Positions 44,210 to 52,814 of a stretch of DNA of 64,000 nucleotides are shown in pieces. The stretch lies in assembly GCA_009835395.1 (NCBI GenBank), contig VXXM01000073.1, forward strand, positions 82 to 64,081. Reading direction: 5' to 3'. Position numbers and translations under genes: made by a program. This stretch comes from Acidimicrobiia bacterium (GTDB lineage: Bacteria; Actinomycetota; Acidimicrobiia; Acidimicrobiales; CATQHL01). Numbering within the stretch: the stretch's first letter is position 1; each line of letters starts with the position of its first letter. The notes beneath the pieces were generated by a model that ran no database searches, had not been told where the DNA came from, and was given only the letters and a program-made list of their open reading frames with translations.

Positions 44210-45502
44210 TCATCTGTCAGCGCGGCGTTTGCGACTGCGCTCCCACCACTCGCTCAGGCGGCGCCGAGCCTCGTCGCCATCCAGCGGTCCACCGGCGATC
44301 CGCAACTCCTCAAGATGGCGCAGCGCAGCGCCCACGTCGGGGCCCGCGTCGATTCCGAGATGTGCCATGACCTCCGATCCGCTGAGCGGTGGGAGCGCCG
44401 ACGGTCGCTCGCGGGACCTCAGCCGCTCCCAGCGATCCACGAACGCCGCAACTCCCGCATCGTCGGGCGCCACCGCCGCGGCAAGTTGCGCCGACGCCGG
44501 GGAGACATCACCGGCGTCAGCGGCCCAGCGCCGGATCGCGGCGTCGCCGGATGGCGCCGAAGCAGCATCGAGCAGCGACCGTGCCGCGGCGGCAATGCGC
44601 CCGGCGCGGCGGGCCACCGCCCCGGGAAAGCGCAGCCGGCCGGCGGCGGCGGCGACGTCGGGCACCGTCCAGAGCAACGCGGCCAGCCGGAGCGGCTCTT
44701 CCGGCGCCACCGAGTCCAGGAGTGCCACACCGGCTGCGGCGTCCGGCTCCGAGGCGGCCAACTCGGGCACGATCTCGGCCAGCACGCCCGTCCGGGCCAA
44801 CAGGTCGGCCCCGGCGCCAGGAGACTCGGCGACCAGCAGCAGCGAGAGCTCCCGGGCGCAGCGCTCCGCCGACACGATCGCCAGACGGTCGCGGAGTCGA
44901 CGCATGGCGGCCTCGAGGTCCGGCTCGGCGGTCAAGCCCAGCGTGGCCACGAACCGGCCGGCGCGGAGGATCCGCAGCGGGTCCTCGCTGAAGGAGAGTT
45001 CGGCCGAGCGGGGCGTGCGCAGGCGGCCCCGCTCCAGATCCTCCCGGCCGCCGAATGGATCGATCAGCTCGGTTGTCTCCGCCGCCGCAGCGCTGGCGGG
45101 CACCTCGAACGCCATGGCCCCGATGGTGAAGTCGCGCCGGGTCAAGTCGGCCAGCAGGTCGCCGCCGTAGGTCACCTCGGGCCGGCGCGAGCCCTCCACG
45201 TACACCTCGGCGCGGTGTGTGGTGATCTCGACGGTCCGCCGCCCGTGCCGGCATCCCACCGTGCCGAACCGCTCGCCCTGGGTCCAGACGGTGTCGGCCC
45301 AGCCGGTCAGGACTCGTCGGACCACCTCGGGACGCGCATCGGTGGTCATGTCAACCTCGTCCTCGGGGCCCAACGGCGTACCACCCAGGAGACTCCGGAC
45401 CGCTCCTCCCACCACGTACAGCCGCCACGCTCCGGCTCCGGCGAACTGCCGGCCCCAGGGAACCAGCATGGCCGCGGCGCTGCGGATCGTGGCCAGGCTC
45501 AT
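44210..45502 (-). CDS. CCA-adding enzyme / poly(A) polymerase family tRNA nucleotidyltransferase
   Basis: 430 aa from ATG 45502 (MSLATIR). Nucleotidyltransferase motif YVVGGAVRSLLLG..DEVDMTTDARP, RDFTIGAMAF and an HD-like C-terminal helical region. The track ORF's N-terminal 124 codons are Arg/Gly-rich and overlap the upstream gene. Confidence 0.8.
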   Translation of the reverse strand: MSLATIRSAAAMLVPWGRQFAGAGAWRLYVVGGAVRSLLGGTPLGPEDEVDMTTDARPEVVRRVLTGWADTVWTQGERFGTVGCRHGRRTVEITTHRAEVYVEGSRRPEVTYGGDLLADLTRRDFTIGAMAFEVPASAAAAETTELIDPFGGREDLERGRLRTPRSAELSFSEDPLRILRAGRFVATLGLTAEPDLEAAMRRLRDRLAIVSAERCARELSLLLVAESPGAGADLLARTGVLAEIVPELAASEPDAAAGVALLDSVAPEEPLRLAALLWTVPDVAAAAGRLRFPGAVARRAGRIAAAARSLLDAASAPSGDAAIRRWAADAGDVSPASAQLAAAVAPDDAGVAAFVDRWERLRSRERPSALPPLSGSEVMAHLGIDAGPDVGAALRHLEELRIAGGPLDGDEARRRLSEWWERSRKRRADR

Positions 45503-45531
45503 CGCCGTCTCACCGGGCGCGGCCCGGCCAC

Positions 45532-46539
45532 TCAGCGATCCAGGTGCAGCCGGGCAGCAGCGTCCACGACGGCACCCCCCGGCCCGCCCGAAGTGACGGG
45601 CTCCGGCCGGTACGACACGCCGGCGAGCGCGGCGACGCAGGCAGCCGCACTCGCCCCCAGCGCCGCCAGGTCGTACCCCCCTTCCAGGAACGCCACGATG
45701 CGTCCCGCCGGTGCCACGGCGCGCACGGCGGCCGTCAGGTCGGCGAAGTCGCCGGCGCTCAGACCCAGCATGGTCAGCGGATCGGCCCGGTGGGCGTCGA
45801 AGCCCGCCGACAACAGCACCCACGTGGGCGCGAACCGCTCCACGACCGGTGAGACGACCTCGTCGACGGCGCACCGGAAGACGTCTCCGGTGGCCCCCGG
45901 AGGCAGCGGAACGTTGAGCGTCGTGCCGCGCCCGGCTCCCGCTCCGATCTCGTCGACGGCACCCGTGCCCGGGTACGCCGGGAACTGATGCAGCGACACG
46001 TACAGCACGTCGGGGGACTCGTAGAAGATGTCCTGCGTGCCGTTTCCGTGGTGAGCGTCGTAGTCAACGATGAGGACGCGCTCGCCATCGGTGACCAACC
46101 GCGCCGCGGCGATCGCCACGTTGTTGAACAGGCAGAATCCCATCGACCGGAACGGCGTGGCGTGATGGCCGGGCGGCCGCACGGCACAGAAGGCGGCGTC
46201 GCCCCGGCCGGCAGCCAGTTCCGCCACGGCAGTGAGGCCGGCACCCGCCGCCAGCCGGGCCGCGGTGACCGACCCGCCGCTGAGCACGGTGTCGGGATCG
46301 AGGGCACCGCCGCCGCCGGCCGCCAGGGCGGTGGCGCGCGCCACGACGTCGGCGCCATGCACCGTCCGCAGGTCCGCAGCAGTCGCTTCGCCGGGCGTGC
46401 ATTCCACGAGTGCGTCGCCGAGTCCCGCGGCGAGCACGCCCTGACGCACTGCGTCGACGCGCCGGGGACGCTCAGGGTGCCCCCGGCCCGGATCGTGGTC
46501 GAGGCAGCGCTCGTCGGCGAGGAACAGAACCGTCACCAC
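45532..46539 (-). CDS. Histone-deacetylase-family (AcuC/Aph-type) deacetylase
   Basis: HDAC core RPPGHHA, DYDAHHGNGTQ, GFDAH..DPL, LEGGY. Start uncertain: GTG 46539/46536 or ATG 46590. Confidence 0.8.
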   Translation of the reverse strand: MVTVLFLADERCLDHDPGRGHPERPRRVDAVRQGVLAAGLGDALVECTPGEATAADLRTVHGADVVARATALAAGGGGALDPDTVLSGGSVTAARLAAGAGLTAVAELAAGRGDAAFCAVRPPGHHATPFRSMGFCLFNNVAIAAARLVTDGERVLIVDYDAHHGNGTQDIFYESPDVLYVSLHQFPAYPGTGAVDEIGAGAGRGTTLNVPLPPGATGDVFRCAVDEVVSPVVERFAPTWVLLSAGFDAHRADPLTMLGLSAGDFADLTAAVRAVAPAGRIVAFLEGGYDLAALGASAAACVAALAGVSYRPEPVTSGGPGGAVVDAAARLHLDR

Positions 46540-46640
46540 GGCGAGCCTAACCCAGCGCCCTTCCGGGACATCCGTGGCTGTGGCGCACATTAGGGTCAGG
46601 CCGGTAGAACCGACGAGCCGGCCACCGAGGAGGATCCGCC

Positions 46641-47489
46641 ATGAGCAGCATCCGCATCGTCACCGACAGCGCCAGCGACCTCACCGACGAGCTGATCGAG
46701 CAGTGGGGGATCAGCGTCGTACCGTTGATCATCACCTTCGGCGAGGAGCCCCTGGTCGACCGGGCGGAGCTGGCACCGCAGGACTTCTACGCACGCATGA
46801 GCGCCGCCGAGGAGTTGCCCACCACCGCTGCTCCCTCCCCGGGGAGTTTCGAGGAGGTGTTCAGGGCACTCGCCGACGACGGCGCCACCGGGATCGTCTG
46901 CGTCAACCTCTCCTACGAGCTCTCCGCCACCGGGCCGGCTGCCGTCACGGCCGCCAAGTCCGTATCCGACCTCGTCGAGGTTCGCTGTGTGGACTCGCGC
47001 TCGTTGACGAGCGGGCTGGGTTCGATCGTCCTGGAGGCGGCGGCCGCCGCCGCGGACGGCAAGTCGCTCGACGACGTCGAGGAGCTCTGCGCCGCCATGG
47101 CCGAGCGCACGCGCATGTTCGGCGCCATCGACACTATGGAGAACCTTCGCAAGGGCGGCCGTGTGGGCGGTGCCAAGGCGATGGTGGGTTCGATGCTGTC
47201 GATCAAGCCCATCGTGGACGTGAGCAGCGGGCGCGTCGAGGAGGCGGCCAGGACGCGTACCCGGCGCCGGTCCTTCGCCTGGCTGCGTGACCGGATCCTC
47301 GCCGACGAACCGGTCACCCACCTCTGTGTCGGGCACGGCGCCGCCGAGGACATGGACGACTTCCTGGCACTGCTCGGCGAGTCGCTCGATCTCGAGCGGG
47401 TCCGCACCGGCTGGATCGGCCCGGTGATCGGCACCCACGCAGGTCAGGGAGTGATCGGCGTCACATACGTGGTCGCCGGCGCCGACTGA
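46641..47489 (+). CDS. DegV-family fatty-acid-binding protein
   Basis: 282 aa. IRIVTDSASDL, TTAAPSPGSF, NLSYELSAT, LRKGGR. Confidence 0.85.
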   Translation: MSSIRIVTDSASDLTDELIEQWGISVVPLIITFGEEPLVDRAELAPQDFYARMSAAEELPTTAAPSPGSFEEVFRALADDGATGIVCVNLSYELSATGPAAVTAAKSVSDLVEVRCVDSRSLTSGLGSIVLEAAAAAADGKSLDDVEELCAAMAERTRMFGAIDTMENLRKGGRVGGAKAMVGSMLSIKPIVDVSSGRVEEAARTRTRRRSFAWLRDRILADEPVTHLCVGHGAAEDMDDFLALLGESLDLERVRTGWIGPVIGTHAGQGVIGVTYVVAGAD

Positions 47490-47494
47490 CGCCG

Positions 47495-49102
47495 GTGACC
47501 GCATCCGCCGGAGACAACAGCGGGCGCGGGCGCGGCGGAGCGACGGCCGGGCAGATCCTCAAGGGGCGCTACCGACTCCTGCGCTCGCTGGCAGCAAGTT
47601 CCCGAACCGAGCTCTGGACGGCGCGCGACGAGGTTCTGGACCGGACGGTGCTGGTGAAGCTCCTGCGCATCGCGCCCGGCAGTGCGGCAGTCCGGGAACG
47701 ATTCCGCAGCGAAGCGCTGGCCGTGGCACGGCTCGCCCACCCGGGCATCGTGGCGGTTTACGACACCCTCCTCGAGCCCGACGTCACCGGTCTCGTCCTC
47801 GAACACGTCGAAGCCACCCCTCTCAGCCGGTTTCTCCACGAGGGAGCAGCGGTGGCGGTGGGCGAGGCCCTGAGCATCGCACTGCAACTGGCCGATGCGC
47901 TCGCTGTGGCTCACGATCATGGCGTCCGCCACTGCAACCTGTCGCCCGACAGCGTCTGGCTCTGCGGTGATCAGCGCATCAAGATCACGGACTTCGGAAC
48001 CGCCTGGACCATGGGCGAGATGGCGGCCGGCGACCTGCCCGTCTCGGCCTGGGCGCAGGAGCAGGCCGACATCCGCGCCCTCGCCGGTGTGCTGCGAGAC
48101 TGCCTCGTCTCCGGTGGCGACCCGGACGACCTTCCCGAAGACCTGGCGGCGTTCATTGCCACCACAGAGGCCCGTCCGGCCAACAGCCGGTTCGGCTCGA
48201 TCGCCGAGGCGCGGGCCTTCCTGGCGTCGGTGCGCGGTGTGTCGCCGTCGCCGGAGCTTCCCCGCACCGACTTCCCGGCACGCCCTCTCGAACCTCCCCC
48301 GGCGCACCCCGAGCCGGCGCCCGGGCCGGCCGGTCGCCCGCGCCGATTCCCGCGGGCCTTGGCGCTCGCGCTGGTTGCCGCCGCGGTGGTGGCCGCGCTC
48401 GTCGTCCCGGCACTCACCGGTGAGGGCCCGCCCGCCCCGGATCCGCCGCTGCCGGCGCCCCCGGTCATCACGACCCGGGCGCCGGAGGCTCTGGCGGTCG
48501 GCGAGCAGCCACCGCCCGCCGTCGCAACCGACGAGGGAGAGAAGGACGAGTTCGACGACGAGGCCGCCACAGAGGCCGAGAACGAGATCGAAGGCACTGG
48601 CGACGAGTCCCCGGTTCCGGCCGCGGACGGCTCGCTCCCGTCCGGCGACACCGGTGTGGCGATCGTGGACGTGCGGCCCGTCACCTTCCGCTCGCAGGCA
48701 GCCGGCGCGGACGACCCCGATGCCCTCCGCACCCTCGACGGCGATCCCTCGACACACTGGGCCACTCCGGGTCTCAGTGCCGGGGACAGCACCGTCGCCG
48801 GTGTCGGGCTGGAGTTCCGCCTCGCCGAGCCGACCGTCGTCTCACAGTTGGCGGTCACCTCCGACACAGCCGGCTGGGAAGCGGCAGTCTTCGTCGGCGC
48901 GGGCGGCCACGAGCGATTGAGCGACTGGGGCCCGCTCGTCGACCAGCAGGTCAACACCACCGGTCATATGATCCTCGGCCTGGCGCACCAGCAAGCGGCC
49001 GCGGTGCTGCTGTGGATTCCCGACCCCCGGGCAGCGCTGACCGACGAGATCCGCATCGCCGAGGTGATCATCTCGGCGGTACCCGACCCCGCAGTACGCT
49101 GA
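47495..49102 (+). CDS. Stand-alone MviN-type pseudokinase: Ser/Thr-kinase-like domain, TM helix, extracellular discoidin/CBM-like domain
   Basis: 535 aa. Kinase fold is recognisable (RYRLLRSL, VLVKLL, HPGIVAVYD, ITDFGTA). The Gly-loop lacks glycines and HRD reads RHCNLSPDS. A Pro-rich linker, TM (ALALALVAAAVVAALVVPAL) and a C-terminal domain with LDGDPSTHWAT follow. Confidence 0.7.
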   Translation: MTASAGDNSGRGRGGATAGQILKGRYRLLRSLAASSRTELWTARDEVLDRTVLVKLLRIAPGSAAVRERFRSEALAVARLAHPGIVAVYDTLLEPDVTGLVLEHVEATPLSRFLHEGAAVAVGEALSIALQLADALAVAHDHGVRHCNLSPDSVWLCGDQRIKITDFGTAWTMGEMAAGDLPVSAWAQEQADIRALAGVLRDCLVSGGDPDDLPEDLAAFIATTEARPANSRFGSIAEARAFLASVRGVSPSPELPRTDFPARPLEPPPAHPEPAPGPAGRPRRFPRALALALVAAAVVAALVVPALTGEGPPAPDPPLPAPPVITTRAPEALAVGEQPPPAVATDEGEKDEFDDEAATEAENEIEGTGDESPVPAADGSLPSGDTGVAIVDVRPVTFRSQAAGADDPDALRTLDGDPSTHWATPGLSAGDSTVAGVGLEFRLAEPTVVSQLAVTSDTAGWEAAVFVGAGGHERLSDWGPLVDQQVNTTGHMILGLAHQQAAAVLLWIPDPRAALTDEIRIAEVIISAVPDPAVR

Positions 49103-49148
49103 GTCGATCGGTCGCCAGTTCCACGAGGACCTAGATCGCAACCCCGCC

Positions 49149-49760
49149 GTGCCGCGCCGCCGGCGCCCGGCACCGGCGAGCCGGCAGCGGAGGCAATTCT
49201 CCGACGCCGACCTTGCGAGAGCGGCCGCGAGGGACGACCGGGACGCCATGGAACTCCTTCTGCGCCGTCACTATCCCCGCGTCTACGCCGTCTGCCGCCG
49301 GCTCGCCGGCAACGACGCCGACGCCGCCGACGCCGCCCAGGAGGCACTCATTGCGATCAGTCGCGGCCTGAAGAGTTTCGACAGCCGCTCCAGCTTCACG
49401 ACGTGGAGCTACCGCGTCGCCACCAACGCCTGCCTGGACGAGTTGCGGCGCCGGGGCCGGCGCCATGCCGGACCCCTGCCGGAGCAGCTCGCAGGCGGTC
49501 ACGCCGATCCCGTCGGAGAGGGGATCAGCACACGCCTCGACCTCGACGCGGCGCTGAGGGCGCTCGCTGAGGAGTTCCGCGTGCCGGTGGTGTTGCGGGA
49601 CCAGGCGGGGCTCAGCTACGCCGAGATCTCCGAAGTGCTCAGGATCCCACCGGGCACCGTGCGGTCACGCATCGCCCGCGGGCGGGCGCGGCTCGTCGAG
49701 CTGCTCGGCGAGGGGAACCAGACGCCCGCTGGGGAACGTCAGAAGAGCGACGAGCCATGA
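49149..49760 (+). CDS. ECF-type RNA polymerase sigma factor (SigM-like position)
   Basis: 203 aa. Region 2 (DRDAMELLLRRHYPRVYAVCRRL, AQEALIAISRGL, FTTWSYRVATNACLDELRR) and region 4 (SYAEISEVLRIPPGTVRSRIARGR). Confidence 0.85.
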   Translation: MPRRRRPAPASRQRRQFSDADLARAAARDDRDAMELLLRRHYPRVYAVCRRLAGNDADAADAAQEALIAISRGLKSFDSRSSFTTWSYRVATNACLDELRRRGRRHAGPLPEQLAGGHADPVGEGISTRLDLDAALRALAEEFRVPVVLRDQAGLSYAEISEVLRIPPGTVRSRIARGRARLVELLGEGNQTPAGERQKSDEP

Positions 49761-50845
49761 ACGATCACCGCATTCCCCCCGACGAAGCGGCCTCGGCCTT
49801 CCTCGACGGCGAACTCGGCGCCGAAGAGGCCGAGACCGTCCGCCGGCATCCCCGGCTGGCCGCCCGCGCCCGCGCCCTGCGCCGCGCCGCCGAGGCGGTT
49901 GGCGACCCCGTGGCGCCGCCACCGGGCGCGGCCGACGCCGCAGTGGAGGCCGCTCTGGCGGACTTCGACGCCCGCCGCGAGTCGGCGGCAAGGCTGGCGC
50001 ACCGGCGCTCCCGCAGCCTCTCGGTCATCACCGGTGTGGCGGCCGCCGTGGCCATCGGCTTCATCGTGGCCGCCGCGGTGGGACTGTTCGCCGAGCGGGG
50101 AGCGGACGACGACGCGGACACCGCCGCAGCGCCCGCTCCCCAGGCGGCCGCGGTGGAGGCGGCACCCCCGCCGCCGGCGGAGGCCGCCGCTGAGGCTCCG
50201 CCGCCTGCCGCCGACGAGGCGCCGGCCCCGGCCCCGGAGCTTCCGCCACCTGCGCCACCTCCGGCGACCACGCTCCCGTCGCCATCCGAGGTGGTTGCGG
50301 CTCCGCTGCCCGACGCGCTGGATGCCGCCGCCGAACCGGGGGCCGCGCTGGCAGAGGCTCAGGCACAGGCGAACGCTGCGTCCGCGGCCGCCGCGGCCGA
50401 AGCGGACGTCGAACCGGCACCCGCGCCGGCGCCCGCGGCGGAAGCCGCTCCTCCGGCCGCCGACGAGATGGAGGCCCTGGACGACACGGAACCGCCGGCC
50501 GCGGTCCTCGCGGAGCCCGCACCCGAGGAGGGCTGCGCCGGCGCCATCGGCGGCAGAACCGTCGAAGCGCGGCTCACCGTCGGCGGTGCACCCATCCTCG
50601 TCCTCGGCACTCCCGACGCACCGCTGACCGCCCTCGACGGCACCACCTGCGTCGAGATCCCGCCACCAGACGGCACCGAGATGGTCGCCGACGAGGCGCC
50701 GGACGGCTGCGCCGGCGCCATCGGTGACGGCACCGTCGAACTCCGCCTGACCTTCAGCGGCACGCGGATCCTGGTGGTCCGGACCGGCGACGGGTCGCTC
50801 ACCGCGCTCGACGGCACCACCTGCGGGGGGATCCCGGCCGGGTAA
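49757..50845 (+). CDS. Anti-sigma factor-like membrane protein with duplicated C-terminal Cys-pair module
   Basis: 362 aa. 4-nt overlap with the sigma gene. N-terminal anti-sigma-like helix (AASAFLDGELGAEEAETV), one TM (ITGVAAAVAIGFIVAAAVGLF), an Ala/Pro-rich linker and two 40-aa repeats. Confidence 0.6.
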   Translation: MNDHRIPPDEAASAFLDGELGAEEAETVRRHPRLAARARALRRAAEAVGDPVAPPPGAADAAVEAALADFDARRESAARLAHRRSRSLSVITGVAAAVAIGFIVAAAVGLFAERGADDDADTAAAPAPQAAAVEAAPPPPAEAAAEAPPPAADEAPAPAPELPPPAPPPATTLPSPSEVVAAPLPDALDAAAEPGAALAEAQAQANAASAAAAAEADVEPAPAPAPAAEAAPPAADEMEALDDTEPPAAVLAEPAPEEGCAGAIGGRTVEARLTVGGAPILVLGTPDAPLTALDGTTCVEIPPPDGTEMVADEAPDGCAGAIGDGTVELRLTFSGTRILVVRTGDGSLTALDGTTCGGIPAG

Positions 50846-50870
50846 TCCGCCTCGGTAGACTTTCGACTTC

Positions 50871-51218
50871 ATGCCCCTCAACCCGCCGGAACCGCAGCCC
50901 CGTGCCCTGCCGGGGCTGTCCGAAGACTGGCCGCGCCGGGTCGCCGACCGGATCGTGGGGATCGTGGGGCGCATCCGCGCAGCCACGGACCGACCCAGTG
51001 CCAACCTTGCCCGCCGTCTCGTCTACGGGCTGATCATGGTCGTGCTGGCCGTCCTGATGCTGGTCCTGGGCGTCATCGGGCTCGTGCGGCTCATCGACTC
51101 CTACCTGCCCGGCGACGTTTGGGCCACGTACGTCCTCTTGGGGGCATTCTTCTGTGGGATCGGCCTGCTGCTGTGGGCCAAGCGCCCGCGACGCGCCGCC
51201 TCGCGGCAAGCCACGTGA
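50871..51218 (+). CDS. Hypothetical two-TM membrane protein
   Basis: 115 aa with two hydrophobic helices. Its stop overlaps the trxB GTG start (GTGA). Confidence 0.5.
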   Translation: MPLNPPEPQPRALPGLSEDWPRRVADRIVGIVGRIRAATDRPSANLARRLVYGLIMVVLAVLMLVLGVIGLVRLIDSYLPGDVWATYVLLGAFFCGIGLLLWAKRPRRAASRQAT

Positions 51219-52186
51219 CCTCCGCGCACCGCGACGTCGTCATCGTCGGCTCGGGCCCTGCGGGACTGACCGCCGCCATCTACTGCGCCCGCGCCAACCT
51301 GGAGCCTCTGGTCTTCGAGGGCGAGCCGTCGTCGACCGGCGACCAGCCCGGCGGGCAACTCATGATCACAACCGACGTGGAGAACTACCCCGGCTTCCCC
51401 GACGGGATCATGGGCCCCGACCTGATGGCGGCGTTCCGCGCCCAGGCCGCCAGGTTCGGGGCGGAGTTCCGGACCGAGAAGATCAGTCGGGTGGACTTCT
51501 CCGGCCAGCCCCTCCGGCTCTGGGTCGGAGACGACGACGCTCCCAGCGCGCTGGCCCGGACGGTGATCGTCTCGACCGGCGCGCAATCGCTGATGCTGGG
51601 GCTCGCGGCCGAGGAACGCCTCATCGGGCGCGGCCTCTCCACGTGCGCCACCTGCGACGGGTTCTTCTTCAGTGGCCAGGAGATCGCCGTGGTGGGCGGC
51701 GGCGATTCCGCCATGGAGGAAGCGCTCTTCCTCACCAAGTTCGCCACCAAGGTCACGGTGATCCACCGGCGCGACCAGTTGCGGGCCTCGAAGATCATGC
51801 AGGACCGTGCCTTCGCCTCGGACCGCATCGACTTCCTCTGGAACCATGTCGTCACCGACATCCTGGGCGACGAGACTCTGGAAGGGGTGCGCGTCCGGCA
51901 CACCGGCACCGGCGACGAGGACACGCTACCGCTCGCCGGCCTGTTCATCGCCATCGGGCACCGGCCGAACACCGATCTCTTCCGGGGCTCGCTGGCCATG
52001 AAGCCCAACGGCTACCTGATCACCGAACCGGGCTCGACGAACACGAACGTTCCCGGGGTGTTCGCCTGCGGCGACGTGCAGGACGACGTCTACCGCCAGG
52101 CGGTGACAGCCGCCGGCAGCGGCTGCATGGCCGCCATCGACGCCGAGCGCTGGCTCGAGGCGCAACACGACGCCGGGCACCGCTAG
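51215..52186 (+). CDS. trxB: Thioredoxin-disulfide reductase
   Basis: 323 aa from GTG 51215. VVIVGSGPAGLTAAIY, redox-active CATCDG, GGGDSAMEEA, GVFACGDV. Confidence 0.9.
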   Translation: MTSAHRDVVIVGSGPAGLTAAIYCARANLEPLVFEGEPSSTGDQPGGQLMITTDVENYPGFPDGIMGPDLMAAFRAQAARFGAEFRTEKISRVDFSGQPLRLWVGDDDAPSALARTVIVSTGAQSLMLGLAAEERLIGRGLSTCATCDGFFFSGQEIAVVGGGDSAMEEALFLTKFATKVTVIHRRDQLRASKIMQDRAFASDRIDFLWNHVVTDILGDETLEGVRVRHTGTGDEDTLPLAGLFIAIGHRPNTDLFRGSLAMKPNGYLITEPGSTNTNVPGVFACGDVQDDVYRQAVTAAGSGCMAAIDAERWLEAQHDAGHR

Positions 52187-52283
52187 CGTTGCGGGGCGGT
52201 GACGCGGTGCGCCGCCGACACCCCCGAATACTTGGGCGCGGCGCCGCAGACGGTGCTGCGCCCGCACCGGCCTTGGAGGACAC

Positions 52284-52607
52284 ATGGCAGCCATTACGAC
52301 ACTCTCCTCAGCAAGCTTCGACGAGACCGTCGGCGCAGCGACGAAGCCGGTGCTCGTGGACTTCTGGGCCGAATGGTGCGGTCCGTGCAAGATGATCGCG
52401 CCGATCCTCGACGAACTCGCCGGCGAGCACGGCGAGAGCATCACGTTCGCCAAGCTCAACGTGGACGAGGCGCCCGACGTGGCGCGGCGCCACGGCGTGA
52501 TGAGCATCCCCACGCTCATCGTCTTCGACGGCGGTGAGGCCAGCACGCGCATCGTCGGCGCCAAGAGCAAGGCGGCGCTGCTGGAGGATCTTGCGGAGTA
52601 TCTGTAG
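52284..52607 (+). CDS. trxA: Thioredoxin
   Basis: 107 aa with the WAEWCGPCK active site. Confidence 0.95.
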   Translation: MAAITTLSSASFDETVGAATKPVLVDFWAEWCGPCKMIAPILDELAGEHGESITFAKLNVDEAPDVARRHGVMSIPTLIVFDGGEASTRIVGAKSKAALLEDLAEYL

Positions 52608-52814
52608 GCCGTCGGCGGGTCGGGCCCGGCGCCGGGCGGAGGGAGAGCACCGATAGCCGAGGAGGCACTGCCTCTCAGAATCGGTGCCCGAGGGGCGACC
52701 GTCCGCGACCTGCATCGCAAGCTGACCGAGGCCGGAGAGTTCGAGATCGCCTCGACAGAGGAATACACGGCGGCGACCGCCGAGGCGGTCAAGCGCTTTC
52801 AGCAGAGTCGCGGG

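Noticed and set aside
43835-45988. 717-aa plus-strand ORF, with similar very long ORFs at 55959..58361 (800 aa), 61707..63332 (541 aa), 13163..14917 (584 aa), 30373..31950 (525 aa) and 9343..10707 (454 aa)
   Set aside because: All lie antisense to, or out of frame with, genes that have clear family motifs. Their translations are Arg/Gly/Pro/Ala/His-rich with no recognisable motifs. This is typical of stop-codon-poor shadow frames in ~70% GC DNA.
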